Part shown: positions 46,372-60,239 of the stretch, piece by piece
Numbering within the stretch: position 1 is the stretch's first letter
How the letters are laid out: the number at the start of each line of letters is the position of its first letter
Notes under the pieces: generated by a model
The model's input: only the letters and a program-made list of their open reading frames with translations
Database searches by the model: none
Told to the model about the DNA's origin: nothing
Translations under genes and position numbers: made by a program
Assembly: GCF_009914755.1 (NCBI RefSeq)
Contig: NC_060932.1
Length of the DNA: 64,000 bases
Strand: one strand, 5' to 3'
DNA from: the human T2T-CHM13v2.0 reference genome, Homo sapiens

Positions 46372-48448
46372 TTAAAATTAACATTTTATATGAAATAGTT
46401 TGAGTTCAAGTCCACAAAGTTGCTAGCTCTCTCTGCCTGTCTTAAAAAGCTCCTTTTAATCAGGTGAACACCAGAAAAACTTGGCTGAGTGCAAATTAAG
46501 CATGAACTTTCAAAAAACTCAAATATTACTAGGAAATTACTTCTCCCATATCAAAGTGAAATCTGAAAAGCTGTATGACTTTTTTTCTCCACTTGTATTT
46601 TTCTCCTAAGCTGAGCTTCCCAAGTAGAGTGGCAACATCACTATTTTTGCTCCCTAAGGTGGGTCCTGACATATGGGCACTTGATTATACCAATGTTAGG
46701 TAGAAGGCAAGGGCTCTGGTGAGACTGCCATTGTTACCCGGGTCTGATGAATCCTAACTAGCCACAGGAGCTGCCTAACTGTGGATTCCTAATTCGAGTT
46801 TCTCTTATCCCTTCCCCACCAGCTACTGATAGATGAGAACTATGAGTTTAGGATCCGGTGCTGATGTTTGGATTAAACAAATATAAAATCGTAAGATTCA
46901 GATAAAGCACTAGAGAGGAACTAAGCCCCAAAATTAATCTTGTTTGTTTTTTGATGTTGTAGTTAATTTCTTCTATGAAAGTTCTATTAAAATCAGCTCT
47001 CTGAGTTTACTCTAGGGTGGCAGGTGTTTCTGAAATGTTTTCATAAATGAGTTATATTAGTTTGTTACAGGAAATCATGGGACTGCTTTACCTAGAGTGT
47101 TGGGCCTGCCATCTTAATTTTGCCTTGCTGCCAAAGGGTTATGGTTCAACTCTCACTTGAATTTCTTAGAGGGGACTGAGTGACCTTATTTTAGCCTATG
47201 GTGAATTAAGCCATTGATTAAATTAATGTCCGTGGCTTGCATGGAAACGACCAAGTATTTCCTGTAGTTGGTGCTCATTAACATTAGACCTGCTCACACA
47301 CAACTTTGATATGACCTACATGAAGACGAATGCAAAAAAGTAGGTCAGATCCAAAGCATTTCAGGTTAAGGTGAAAACCTTGCAATATGTGGATAGATTC
47401 TGAATTCATCACAAATGATTTACTTTTCTCACTCAAAGCCAGTGTTGTTAATGACAGTGAACCATTTCCTTTAAAAGTATTAGGTTTGTCCTCATTTATG
47501 TAGAATACTTATTTTGATAAGTATTTGAGCTTAGAAAAATTCTCAGTAGTTCCCATTTCCTTCCAACTTGCAAGTGGATGCAATGATAATGGCAAAATTT
47601 ATCTGCATTTTTATAACTGCTCAATTCCTGATAGTGAATATTTGAGCCCTTTAAAACACGTATTTTACCATAGTTCTGGGATGTATCCAAACGGTATTTA
47701 ATCAATGCTGAAAGAACAAGGACACCCTTTGTTGACATACAGGGTCACTGGAGATAGAGTTACTAAATGTAACACTCTCCTGGGGAACTTCTTCCATTCC
47801 TGGGGCTCAAGCCTGCTTGCCTGAGCTTAGTCCTGCTGCTTCCTCCTTCACGCTGACCAATCTGAGGAGACTGGTCCTCTATCTACCTAACCCAAATCAG
47901 TCTAAGTGAGCTTTGCTATGGTATGATTTATTAGGAAGCCTCTCACTGTAGCCCCACTAGTTAAGCCAGCAAACGCAAAATGAAAACTTAGCTTGGATTA
48001 TGACTTTTTAGTGTCTTGATATCATAAATAAGCCAGAAATCACCATGGTTTTCTGGTTCCTCTTTGTGAAAATGAATGTGCTAACCTCTGAGAGGCCCAC
48101 GGCAAACACGTGATGCAGGAGTGCTCCTTACCCATGACCTTCAGCTAGTGTTTATATTCAGTTCCCTCAAATTTCTACTCAACGAGCAACACCATCCCTC
48201 TAGTTTCCAGGATGTTCTATTCAATTTTCTCATAGTAAACATCTTAGAAATTCCTATTCGGTTGTTTATTTTATGAAACTAAAATGGAAATGGCCACTGT
48301 CTTTAGCTCTGTGACCAACACCAAGTTCAAAGGGTGCAGGAGCATAAATATATTTTTAGTTAAAATTTATTTGCAATTTGCCCTATTGCCTAGGCATGGA
48401 AAACCTAAGCAGGAACCAATGTTAAGAAGGGCCTGTGTCAGCTGCTAG

Positions 48449-48911
<463 letters not shown>

Positions 48912-51479
48912 GCTGATTGAAATTCTTTACAGTGACCATAATAAGCATGTTGCTTCACAATTAAAGAGAGCCAATTAAATAGATGAGAATAGAAAAATCA
49001 CAAGAGAAGGTATAAGACACGGAAGTTCCTCACTGTTCCTCTAATGATTGTTGCAGTTGACTCCCCAACATTGTTCTTCTGAATAAAATTTGTCTAGGCA
49101 CTAATCTTGGTAATTACATTGTTCTGGTCTCTGACTGGTTTGGGATAGAATTGTGAAACAATCTGGTGAGTGCTACAAGGGAAAAATCTATGGGGACATC
49201 TAGGAGAAGTCCCCTTTCTGTGAAGAAAATAAAACAAAAAGAAATGGTTGATTACCTTTCCTCCTCTGGACCTCATCATGTGTGACTATGATGTCTGGAA
49301 CTGCTATCAGGCTAAAGACAGAGCTAACCTACAGGAGATGGCAGTGCCAAGAAATCCCAGGAGTTTGGAGCTATCACATTTTCTTATTTATCTCTGCATG
49401 TTTAAAGCCTTCAACACAATGCTATTCCCATAGTAGAGGTTCCATATATGTTTGTTGAATTAATGAATAAATACATGAGAAAAAAGTATATTTTAAAAAC
49501 CATTTTCAAGCTTTTGAAGAAAACATAGATATTGAATGAGTAAATAAATATGTAGAGTATGATGAGTCGATGAATATTCAGTGTTTACAAATAGTAGGAA
49601 ATTGTATAATATTGAAGCACTAGAAATCAAGTTTGGATAGAGGACACAATTTTCTGGATAGAGAAAAGATTTTGGTATTCGTGACAAAGGAAGATTGCAT
49701 AACACCCTAATTTGTGTTCTCCAAATACTATGTTTAGTTCAGTTCAACAGATTTTTTTGGAGCACTTCCTGTATGTAAAGCATTGAAGTTACAAGGCATA
49801 AAACATGGTCTTGCTGAAGTAGGTGACACACAATAGGATCATGTCTTGAATCCACTCAATTCATAATTTTGGGTATGGGAATATAAATTAGACAAATATA
49901 AATTAGACAAAAGATATGACTTTCTCATAATAAAAAAAGTCAGTGTTTTGAATGCATGGCTAAGGGGCTACACTGTTGCCCCTTAGCAAGATGGCAGAGT
50001 ACAGAAGTCCCTTTTTATCTTCATGACTTGGGTTCAAATTGGTAGTGTGCTGCAGACAGTTTGACCAGCTTGTCAGAGTGTGCACATCTCTTAGTGACTC
50101 TGTGTTTAGGGTCTTCACATTAGTAACATGAAATTGGCCAAAGGGGTAGTTTATACTACGAAAATTGACAAACACTACAAATCAGGGCTCAGAGCCCTGG
50201 TTTACCAGCACACTGCTAGTTCCAATATGGTAGGTATGAAGTGTCAATTTGTTGGTATGGCAGAAAACTTTTCTCAATAGGAAGCACCTCACTATGAGAA
50301 ATCAGCTATGTGACAGGGCTGAGTCCCTATACTGCAAGTTTGTAGGGGAAGGGACCTTTTTATTTCTTTGTCACTCACTATGCCCATCAAAGTGATTTCT
50401 GGATAGTAATTAATTGATATATGTTTGTTTCCTTTAAGTCTACTAGTGGCACAATCTCTATTCCATTTTGCAATACAGATAAAAAATTATTGAGAGTACT
50501 TCTTTATCTGCCATGTCATTCTAAGAACAGTGGCAATAATCAAAATAATAATTGGTACCACAATTCTTTTAGTGATTTAGAATTTTTTCAAGGGCTTTCA
50601 AATTTATTAATCATTTTATTATCTCAACAACTATAAGAAGTAGATAGGGCAGAATTGCATTAGATTAAACAAACAAGATCTTCCATCTTCAGAGCTTTTG
50701 GGGGATATTCCAAAGGCTTTGGAATTACATTGTTATTTCACCATTGTTTCTTTACCTACATGGTTATATAATGCATTGCCATCTTAAATGTCTGACGTTT
50801 TTTCCCTATAAACCCCACAATGTCACCAGGTCTCCCTTTATCCCTCAGTACCTCTGGACCTAGGAAAGCCAACGAACAGATTTAGATTTGATCTTCTCTA
50901 TGGAGCTTCTCTATAGCTCCGGTTCTGTATCTTGCATTGTGGCAGAAAAGAAATCATCACTATTTACTACTGAGCCACCTGAATGGCTAACATTACAATA
51001 AGTTAAGCAACCAATATTCAGGGAAATAATAATTCTTAATATAGAGGTTGCATGTTGGTAGCTTATAGGCTCAATTAAGTTCCCAAACACCTTTTATTTA
51101 TTATTGTAAGATATTGTGTTTTAAATTTCATTTTTCCAAATATTTAAAAATTCAAACCTTCACTCAAAAGCCTATTTTTTCAGGTTATTTTTTAAATAAA
51201 AAATCAAAATGACTTCACCAAACTAGGTCTAAATGCTTGCAAGAGCTGAGGGCTAGTTCAGAAGTAGCCAGTGGTCCTATTTAGATGTCTCCTAGCATCT
51301 CCTTTTGCCATAGTTCTTAACACTTCTAATAGTATTGCTATATTTATACACAAATCACTTCTTTATTTGATCTATTTAGGCCCAGTACATATGTTAATGT
51401 GCAATATCTGTCCTGATTTAAAATTATAACTGAAGCATATTTTCACTCTCAGTACATTTATCTATCCAAGCATCCCCTT

Positions 51480-52090
51480 ATTTATTCAACTTATGTGTAG
51501 TGTACAGCTTCCTGTGTGCTAGGCACTGAGAATACAGAGATGGGAATGACATAGTCCTTCCTCTTCTGGAGCTTACAGCATATGGGAGCAAGGACAAGTA
51601 AATAAATAATTGCAAAATACTGTGTGTTATGCCCCCCTACAAAGTTAAACACAGGCCACAGTGTGAGCAATGGCAAATTCTCTGAGGAATGAGGTGGAAA
51701 TCAGGCACACTGTCAACAAAGAGGTGATTAGGTGATTCCTGTGGAGTAGTTTGGTGCCTGCTGGGTGCACAAATAAGGAGGGGCATTCCAGGAATAGGGA
51801 GATGCAGATCCAACAGCTCTCAAGTATGTTGGAAGACCATGGCCTGTCTTTGAAATGCCAAATTTTAGAGTCTTTTGGAGGTTGGAAATTCTGAAACCCT
51901 GCCTTGTTGGGCTGGGAGAATCTATGTTCTGCTGAGGCTCTTGTCTCTCTGTCTTCCAAGAATAACTATCCCTGTAGCTGCCTTCCTTATATTTTTGGCC
52001 TAACACCTATTGCCTGTTATCAACATCTGAGGCTTGATCTTCTCATTCAAGGTATGTTGGATACAAAAGGCAGGTAGTAATGAATGTGTC
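51480..52090. mobile_element. L2 fragments
   Basis: ttcctgtgtgctaggcactgagaatacagagatg...gtccttcctcttctggagcttacag...ctctgaggaatgaggtgg...gggcattccagg, typical of L2 3' sequence. Confidence 0.6.
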
Positions 52091-54105
52091 TCTGATGAGC
52101 TCCTGAACCATGTTCTCAGCAACAAATGGCTCACGGTAGACTTTTCTAGAACAATCTCCTTTTCTTTACTGTCAATATATGGTGGCTTGGGATGGACATC
52201 TCTTTTAAGAGCATCTATAGCATCTACTTATTGCCATATGAAGTTGTTAAGAATCAAAGGAATAACTGATATGTCTGAGAGTGGTAGTCACTCAGAAAAT
52301 GTTTATACAATGAATGATAAAACCTTCCCAAATTCTATAAAACTGGTTCTGAGCTATATCATTTTTTTTCTGTGCCAGGTATTATCAGCATTCTCCAACT
52401 AATTTCAAGGAAACAATGGCGTGACAATAAATTAGTTAATTTTAACATTAGTCAGGCATAATTGGCTAATGTTAAATCTAGTAAATAATAGAGAGTGTTC
52501 ATCAACTCAAGTTAAAGCTACCCTAATGATGCTAAATCAGTATTCACAATATTGCAATTTTGTTCTGCCACAGATTTTGTATAAGGCAAGCCCTTCTGAT
52601 TACTATTTGATTTATTATGTAAAGTTTGGGCATTGCTATTGAGTATTCCAAAAGAAAAAAATATAAATTAGCATATTTTTGATTTTTAACTTTGAGTTTT
52701 AAGTTCCTAAGTCTAAATCAAGGTATTTTTCATCATGAGGGTAAGAAATAGGAGTCCAAAGCACAGTGATATAAAGACAGTGGTAATCTGGTAAACATTT
52801 ATTGTTTCTTGATAACACTAATGTTGATTTTACCATCATGATATGAATAGTAAACTTAATGACTAGTGGAATAATCACATAATGAAAATAGTAAGTTGAA
52901 ATTAAATAAATGCAGAATTGTAGGTAAAAATAAAAATTAAAAATATTTTCCAGATATTGGCTATTGGCTATTCATTTGCCCTGTTTATTGAATATAATTT
53001 TGTTCTTTGATACTTACAAATGTGGAGATAAAGCCTGTTGTTTGCAGAATGTTCCTTCACTTGCTAATACTCTACAACCTATTTGTTATTGTCATTCATA
53101 CAATGTCCCTCCTTTTGAAACACACAGAAACTATATGTACACTCCCCCCACACTTAAGTCATTCACCTTTGCTGCTGAAATAAATGCAAATTTTCTAATT
53201 GTATTTGAATCTGCTCTCTTCTTGTTAATTTTCAAAATTCAACAATATCGTAATCCAGCCTGGATGCAAAACATCTATCTTAGCAATTAGATTTAGAGGT
53301 GGTCCAGCTATGAACTGCTAAAAAAGAGCAGCAAAGTTTCCCTTTGAAAAAAGGCATTTTACACACAAAAACTACTGCAGCAACATTACTTCCTAAGAAA
53401 CACAGGCAGAATAGGACTGCATTCAATTTGCATGCAGGTGGTGAATCTCTGAAGCGGTATTAAGGGATGAACCAGGGTGGATTAATTTCCAGTCTTTGAT
53501 ATTCATTAACTCCAGCTTCAGAAAAAAACACAGGGAGATGACACAATTACCCTCAGAGCTTCACCCGTGAGCAGCAGCTTTACAATCTCAAGTTCATAAT
53601 GCCATACTAATTGATCAAGAAGGGGCACATACCTTTCATAAGAGGTGGAAAAGTATATGGGCTTAACTACAGCAATGATACTATTTGACTTTGGAACAGT
53701 CAACCTCACTTTGGAAACACTTAGCAAAATAGTTATCATCATTTATTCTCTAAGCCACCTGTCAATAGCTAGCCCTCCATGGTTTTCAATAATTCTCCAC
53801 CAAGCAAAATGTAATTTTGGCCAAAACGTAATAGTGGCCAAGGCGCAATGTCCACTTCATTTGAAGCAACTAGCATTTAGTCTCATCACTGTATTTCTCT
53901 TTATAGATCATGGAACCTTTCAAAGATATCCTTAGGGAACACTTCAGTAAAGAGGAAAGCTTTCTTATTAGGAGGAATAATAGAAGCCATCAAGCTGCCT
54001 CAAACCCCTTCTGGACCAAAGTGGCAAGAGGAAGAGATAGGGATGGAAGAGGAATGTGCCCACAGGATCTAAGAAGTAGCAATCATAGGCTTGATGTTTA
54101 CTTAC

Positions 54106-54281
54106 CTCTGGAGCTTCAAAGATTTCAGGGTCACCATGTAGGACTGGAGGAAAGATGGCTACCAAGTCTCCCTTTCGCACACAGTAGTCCCCGGTCTCTG
54201 AACTGAGAGTCAAATCCTCCTCAACAAAACGAATGGTGGTTGAATATGAGGACAGTCGTAAAGCTTCAAAAATGCTGCTTT
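54106..54281 (-). CDS. CYP7B1: CYP7B1 exon 5 (176 nt; K helix to meander)
   Basis: Acceptor ttttttccttcag|AA and donor GAG|gtaagt. Reads (E)[58 protein letters not shown] with the ExxR motif (EALR). Confidence 0.97.
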
Positions 54282-57200
54282 CTGAAGGAAAAAAACAAAC
54301 GATAGCTTATTAAGATAGGGCTGGTCCTGAAAACTGCTCTCAGTTTGCAATAAAACTCATTACTAATAGCCTTGATTGAAAAGGAAACTGTTTCTTCATC
54401 ACATACATTGAGCACCAAGAGGGAGCCAAGGGTGGCTGTGCACAGGATGTGAGCAGGGGCGGTGGTCTGGCTCCAGCAAGGCTTGGGGGCATTTCACAGG
54501 TAGAAGGCAGCAGTGTTGTACCTGGGCAGAAAGTCATTAAGATTTTGTAGGAGAGGGTGATCTGCTAGAGAGGAATGTTGTGTTATGGGTATATATGCTT
54601 GAAATTAAAACCATATCCCAGTTAAAATACACAGCTGGTGAGTCATTCCACAAACCTTTAGAACTCTGATGCTTTAAAGCCAGACTTAGCCATTTAATAA
54701 CCACTTAGGCAGTTAATAGTAAAGTAATTGTAGTAGTGCTTTCTGAGACAGCTTAACACTTAATTTCTTTTATGCTAGCTGTAAATAAAATGTGAGTCAA
54801 CATTTGCTGGAAAATTTTCAAAAGGAAAATATTTTTAGAGGATTCAGAAGAAAACCACATTTTTCTCAGCATCCAGGGAAAATAACAGGCACCATCATAT
54901 CCTGGAAGATTCCAGAAGCCTAATGTCCTTCCTTTCCCAGTGGCCTTCACCTTTTACTCCTAGCACGACAGATTTTATGGCTAATTTCCGGCAATTTATC
55001 CTGGCAGTTTGAGGAGGAATTCCTTTGGGAATAATATGCATAATTTGCATAAATCATTCTGATAGCATGCATATCAGCGTGTAGCTCCTGTCTAGGTCTG
55101 CATCTCTCCCTTCATAATCAAAACTGACTATGTTTCCACCAGCGTGAATGGGTCCTAGAATATAAAGCTTGATTCTCTCTAATCAGCAATATGAAAAAAA
55201 AGCCCCAAATGGAGTTTTCTCCCCCTTCACATGATAACAAATGGTCGTGTTTATGACTTGCAATTTAGAAATCACACAGACACACACACACAGAGCCCCG
55301 TTTCTCAGTGTTCAGCAAAGCTCTGAAACACAGAGTACCCAATTATTAGATTATTAAAGGCAGGCCCATCCGTGAGGGCTTGCATCAGCCAAAAATAAAA
55401 ATAAATGTTATTTCAGTAAAATTTAAATCTATGCACAGCCTGCATAAGGCTATCAAGTAGCTTTGGGTGCTTTCTCCCAGGAGGTTTTTCCTTAAGCATG
55501 CATTTGTCTAAAGAAATGAGGCTGCGGTCAGCTTTGTGTGGCCAGTGTGGTGATTCAATGTGACGTACAGTGAGGCAGTGCATATTCTCTTGGACTGCCT
55601 TCGTTATTATAATCAGGCAGAGTCAAATCGGTTTGTTGGTGATGAGGCCAGAAAAGAACTTTGGTTTTGGAACATGGGCTCTACTGCAGATAGCCACGAG
55701 GCACCTGACACGATGGATTTCAGCTGGCAGAACACCAAGGACCAACATTTCTGTGGTGAAAAGCAAGGCTCGGCCTCCCATGTACTGCTGCCGGCTCTGT
55801 TGGAGCAACAATAGCACAGCATCCTTTTAGCTTGTGGTGTGAAATGGTAGCTGACATATGTAGCAATGCTATTCACTCAACAAGTCCAGTAGGGGTGTGG
55901 GAAGAAGAAACACAAAAGCAAAATAATTGTGGGATGGCTGCTGTGACAGGGCAGGCATATAACAGTCCGAATAACATGGTCAAATCTGATTGGCTGATGT
56001 GCTCTCGGGAAGCATGGCAGCTTGCGCCCACCGCAGTATCACAAATGACAATTGGGCAAGCATATCTTATGTAGAAGTTAATCACAATAATGGAGCGCAA
56101 AGTGTGGCTTAGCGGTCAGATAGTAAGTGACAAATCTGTTTTACCTTCCAGTACCAGTTATGTGTGCGAGATGAGGTTGGCTCTCGCTCTGAGCCATCAT
56201 GCCGATAATCAATAGACGACAAAAGTAATGAGTTGCGTTATTATCAACAATGGAGAGTAGAGCTTACGTGGCTCTGCAGAATAACATCCAGACACAAAAG
56301 CGAGCAGCTTTTCCACCAGCCCCAGTACGAATGCAGGCAGAGCTATACGTTGAGAAGAATGACAACTGCACAATAAAAAAATTGCAGCCTCTACTTGTAG
56401 TTGTCATAGTTGAGCAGACACCAGCCAGTGCCACTGACAGACCAGCTGGGCCCTGGGAGGACTTCCATGCTGCACCAGGAGGTACAGTAAATTATCCTGC
56501 ACGGTAGAGCAACATCTGTTTCTGTGCTAGTGCCGAACAAACAAGGCAATTTAAAACATACCAAGGGATAACCAAGCAACAAATGAACATGACCCTCATT
56601 TTTTCCCCCTTCTCACACATGAGGTGCTAAACTTCTTTGTGCAAGCACTCCATGAAAGAGAAGCCAGGTTTTTATTTGATAAGGTGTTGTCAGAGAGATT
56701 TTACATGTTTCCAAAGTGGAAAGAAAAAGCTTATAGTATTGTTATTCTTAGAATCTTCCCCCTTCTATCTTAATTTCTTTTATACCAAAGCTAGCACTCA
56801 GTTCTCAATTCGCTCTAGAATTAAAAAAAAAAAAAAAAACTTTCCATATACTTATAAATATTCAGTCTTTAAACCTAATTTGCTATACTTAGTTCACATG
56901 CCTTCAAGCATTTGTCTTCCAATTTCCACTGAATAAATGCGTACTAATGAGAACTAGAGCAAGCTGCTGAGGCAAAGCTGGGTGACTTGGGTCTGGCCTG
57001 CCACCAGCTTGTGATAGGCGGGCAAATTGAGTTAAAATGAAAAGTCTTGTCAGCTGAAATTCAACATGGTAGCCAAACAGCAAGCTGTCAATCATCCAGC
57101 CAAAACAGGGGACTGCAGGTAATAAAAGGTCATTGTGAGTCATTAATGCACTTGGCTTTCATATGGAAGTTAATTTTAATTAAAGATGATCTCTATCTGT

Positions 57201-58017
57201 AAATGTTTTATAAAACTTATTGTGTATAATGGATTGTTAATTTATACTAACATTTAGCAGGTAATAGGACTCTAATTATTAGAATGCATTGTCGAAAAAT
57301 GACCATCAAGAATGCAAATATTTTGAGATAAAATTTACACCAGGCACTGCAAGCTGCCAACAACTGCAACTGTGATTAAGATAAGGCTGCCTGTGAGTTG
57401 TTAAGAACTGAGCTTTACTGACCAGTATATGCTAGGAAATTGGATTCCAAAATTCCCTCTATGATCTCACAATTCAGAGCATGCACTACATTCTTCACCT
57501 GGCTAGGGAAGACTTCTTTCTCTTTTCAGGATACAAAATTATTTTGATTAAGTATCCCTTCTAAGTGAAATGCCAGGGAATGTCTTGAGCTAAAATCTTT
57601 TACAACACAATTGTGAAGAAAAATAACAAATAAAAAATTATGGTTAAAAAAGGCATGCACATATTCTCTTTTGCTCTCAGTTCTCAATTCTGGCTGTAAT
57701 AAAGGATGGATGATTCTCATTTGCAGATTTACAGCACTAAAGCAGCTTATGACAATCAATAATGCATGTTACAACACAAAAACAAATAAGCATATCTGGG
57801 TTTCTGCCTCACACTTAGGCCCTGTCTGTATATGTGGAATGAATGTACTGTGACATGGCCAGGCTGTTAATTTGGGTCATCTTAATGATTGGTGCAGGCT
57901 GGCATGCCATTTGATTAGCCATGGTGATCAGAGGATAGCAGCAATGGATAGAGTGAAATGAACAGCCAGAACCTGCTGCAGTCACTGGGGCTGAACACTG
58001 GGTGATCTTAAAGAGAA

Positions 58018-58101
58018 GGTGGTTATAAAAGGGGGAGAGGGGTTGGGTATGGAGGTGGTGGTGGTTATAAAAGGGGGAGAGGGGTTGGGTATGGAGGTGG
58101 T
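58018..58101. repeat. Perfect 42-bp tandem duplication
   Basis: ggtggttataaaagggggagaggggttgggtatggaggtggt x2. Confidence 0.95.
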
Positions 58102-58569
58102 GTGCTCTGGAAGGTGTCATGGAATGGAGTGAAGCTCATGATGTGTGCATGTGTATGTGCATTTCTACATAAGTGTCTTCAAGGCAGTTGAGAAGGTAAA
58201 TAAGAAATTGTGATAATCATATAATTTGAGGCAAAATAATTAATCTTTGGCTCAACAATTGTACATCTTAAGTAAAGTTAAAAATAAATCTGAATTGGTA
58301 CAAATGCCTATCTTCACTCTGCATCTCAGACACAGTCTTTGGTTCACTGCTAAAATACAGACATGTAAATTCGGCGTTCATATATTCCATAAATGTTTGT
58401 TAAGGCCCTACTCTGCTTGGAGCACTGGGCCACTGCTGCTGGTGTGAAAAAGGAACACAGCACATGGACTTGGCCTTCATGGACAATGCAATCTAGGAAG
58501 TTCAAAGTTGGAAAATACATATAAACAGGAATGCTCCCAAGATCCTACTGAAGATATTGCACAGTTGCT

Positions 58570-58755
58570 TTTATTTATTTAATTGACAAATAAAAATTGG
58601 ATATATTTATGGTGTACAACTTGTTGTTTGGAAATACGCACACATTCTGGAATGGTTAAGTCCAATAATTAACATATGCAATTACCTCACATACTGATCA
58701 GTTATTTGTGGTGAGAAAACTTAAAATCTACTCCTGTGGCAATTTGATACTACAC
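58570..58755 (-). mobile_element. L1MA 3' end fragment
   Basis: aattgacaaataaaaattggatatatttatggtgtacaac...attacctcacatact...ttgtggtgagaaaacttaaaatctactc. Confidence 0.75.
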
Positions 58756-59183
58756 ATTTTCTAATTGGATAACTCCAATGATAGCATTCAGAAAGCCCAT
58801 TTTAGTAGAAAGCCATTTTTCATACTGAGGTGAAATTTTCCTCCTTTTAATTTCCACCCTTTATAAAACACACAGGCCAAAAAAGTCTAATCATTCTTCC
58901 ACATAACAACCCTTTCAAAGTATGTAAAGACAACTATCATGCCATTTTCTAATTGTGTATCAGAGATGATATGGTGTTTAGCCTTTGCCATGCTGGATGA
59001 ATTCAATTAGTCAATGTGCCTCTTAAGACTTGGCACAACTAGGTGTGTACTATTTTAGTTGGAAAAGTACAGAATTATTAATTTATGTCCCTAGACACCA
59101 TGCTTCTATTACTATTTCCTGGGAGCAGATGAGCAACAGATTTTTGAAATAATATCACTATTGTTTTAAATTTTCTGATATGC

Positions 59184-59476
59184 CAGAGATTATCAGCAAC
59201 CCTGGATGGCCATTAGAATCACCTGGGATTGCTTAAAAAAATAAATGCCCCATTCCAGTCTAATGGAATCAGAACCACTGCATTAACTAAAACCTTTCAG
59301 TTAGAGGCTTTGAATCTTGGCTGCACATTAGAATCACCTAGGGAGCTTTTTTTAAAGCCATCAGTCTGCACCCCAGACCAATGCAATCAGAATCTCTAAG
59401 GGTGGGGCAAGGTATGCAAAGTGTTTAAAGCCTCCCAGGTGGTTCCAATGAGCAATCAAAGCTAAGAACCATTGCT
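59184..59476. mobile_element. MER5A-type hAT-Charlie DNA transposon remnants (two pieces)
   Basis: cattagaatcacct occurs twice (59211, 59327); ccccagacc...atcagaatctct...ctcccaggtggttccaatg...gctaagaaccattg. Confidence 0.75.
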
Positions 59477-60239
59477 TCAAACCCTTTTCTGCTGAGTCAC
59501 ATGTTTCTCATCCTATTCTTACAAAGTTGATATTTAGATCTAAATACAATAATTTGCATTTTAATTAAAGTTGCTTTTCAATCCTTTCAGATTCTGTTTC
59601 CAGCATTCCTTATATTATCTAACCACCTTAGCTTTGTGCTGAGTTGAAAATCCGATGAACATCGAAATCAGTATTTTTCACTTTTTAACTGCTGTTTCCT
59701 TATATTAGATATAAAATTTTCACTATTTACATCCCTGAGTTTCTGATGTACTTCTTTGTGGAAGATGCTTCACCCACTTCCTCCAGTTAGAAGTTCCTAA
59801 ATAAAGTTATGTCTTCTGTAAATCCTCATTAGAAGAGAGGATGTTGCAAAACTTCACTACTGTCTGAATTATGTAATCTTTTAAGCTTTTGAATACACAA
59901 TTATTTTATAATATTTGAACGAGCTTTTTCAAAATAACACCCATAATCTTTACAAACATATCACACTAATGTAAAACGTTCATAAGGGAAACTGTGTGGG
60001 GGATATATAGGAATGCTCTCTATTATCTTTGTAACTTTTCTATAAATCTAAAACTATTCTAAAATAAAAAGTTCATTTTTATTAAAAAAATACCCACAAG
60101 ATTCTAATGTGAACCTCTAGTTCTATCCTTACCCTTAAACCCAACTGCATTTGAGAATCAGTAATATATATCTTATAAAAAATACTGGTCAAGGTCTCCA
60201 GTCCATTTCTAGAGCATTTTTGTCTGAGGCGACAGTCAT

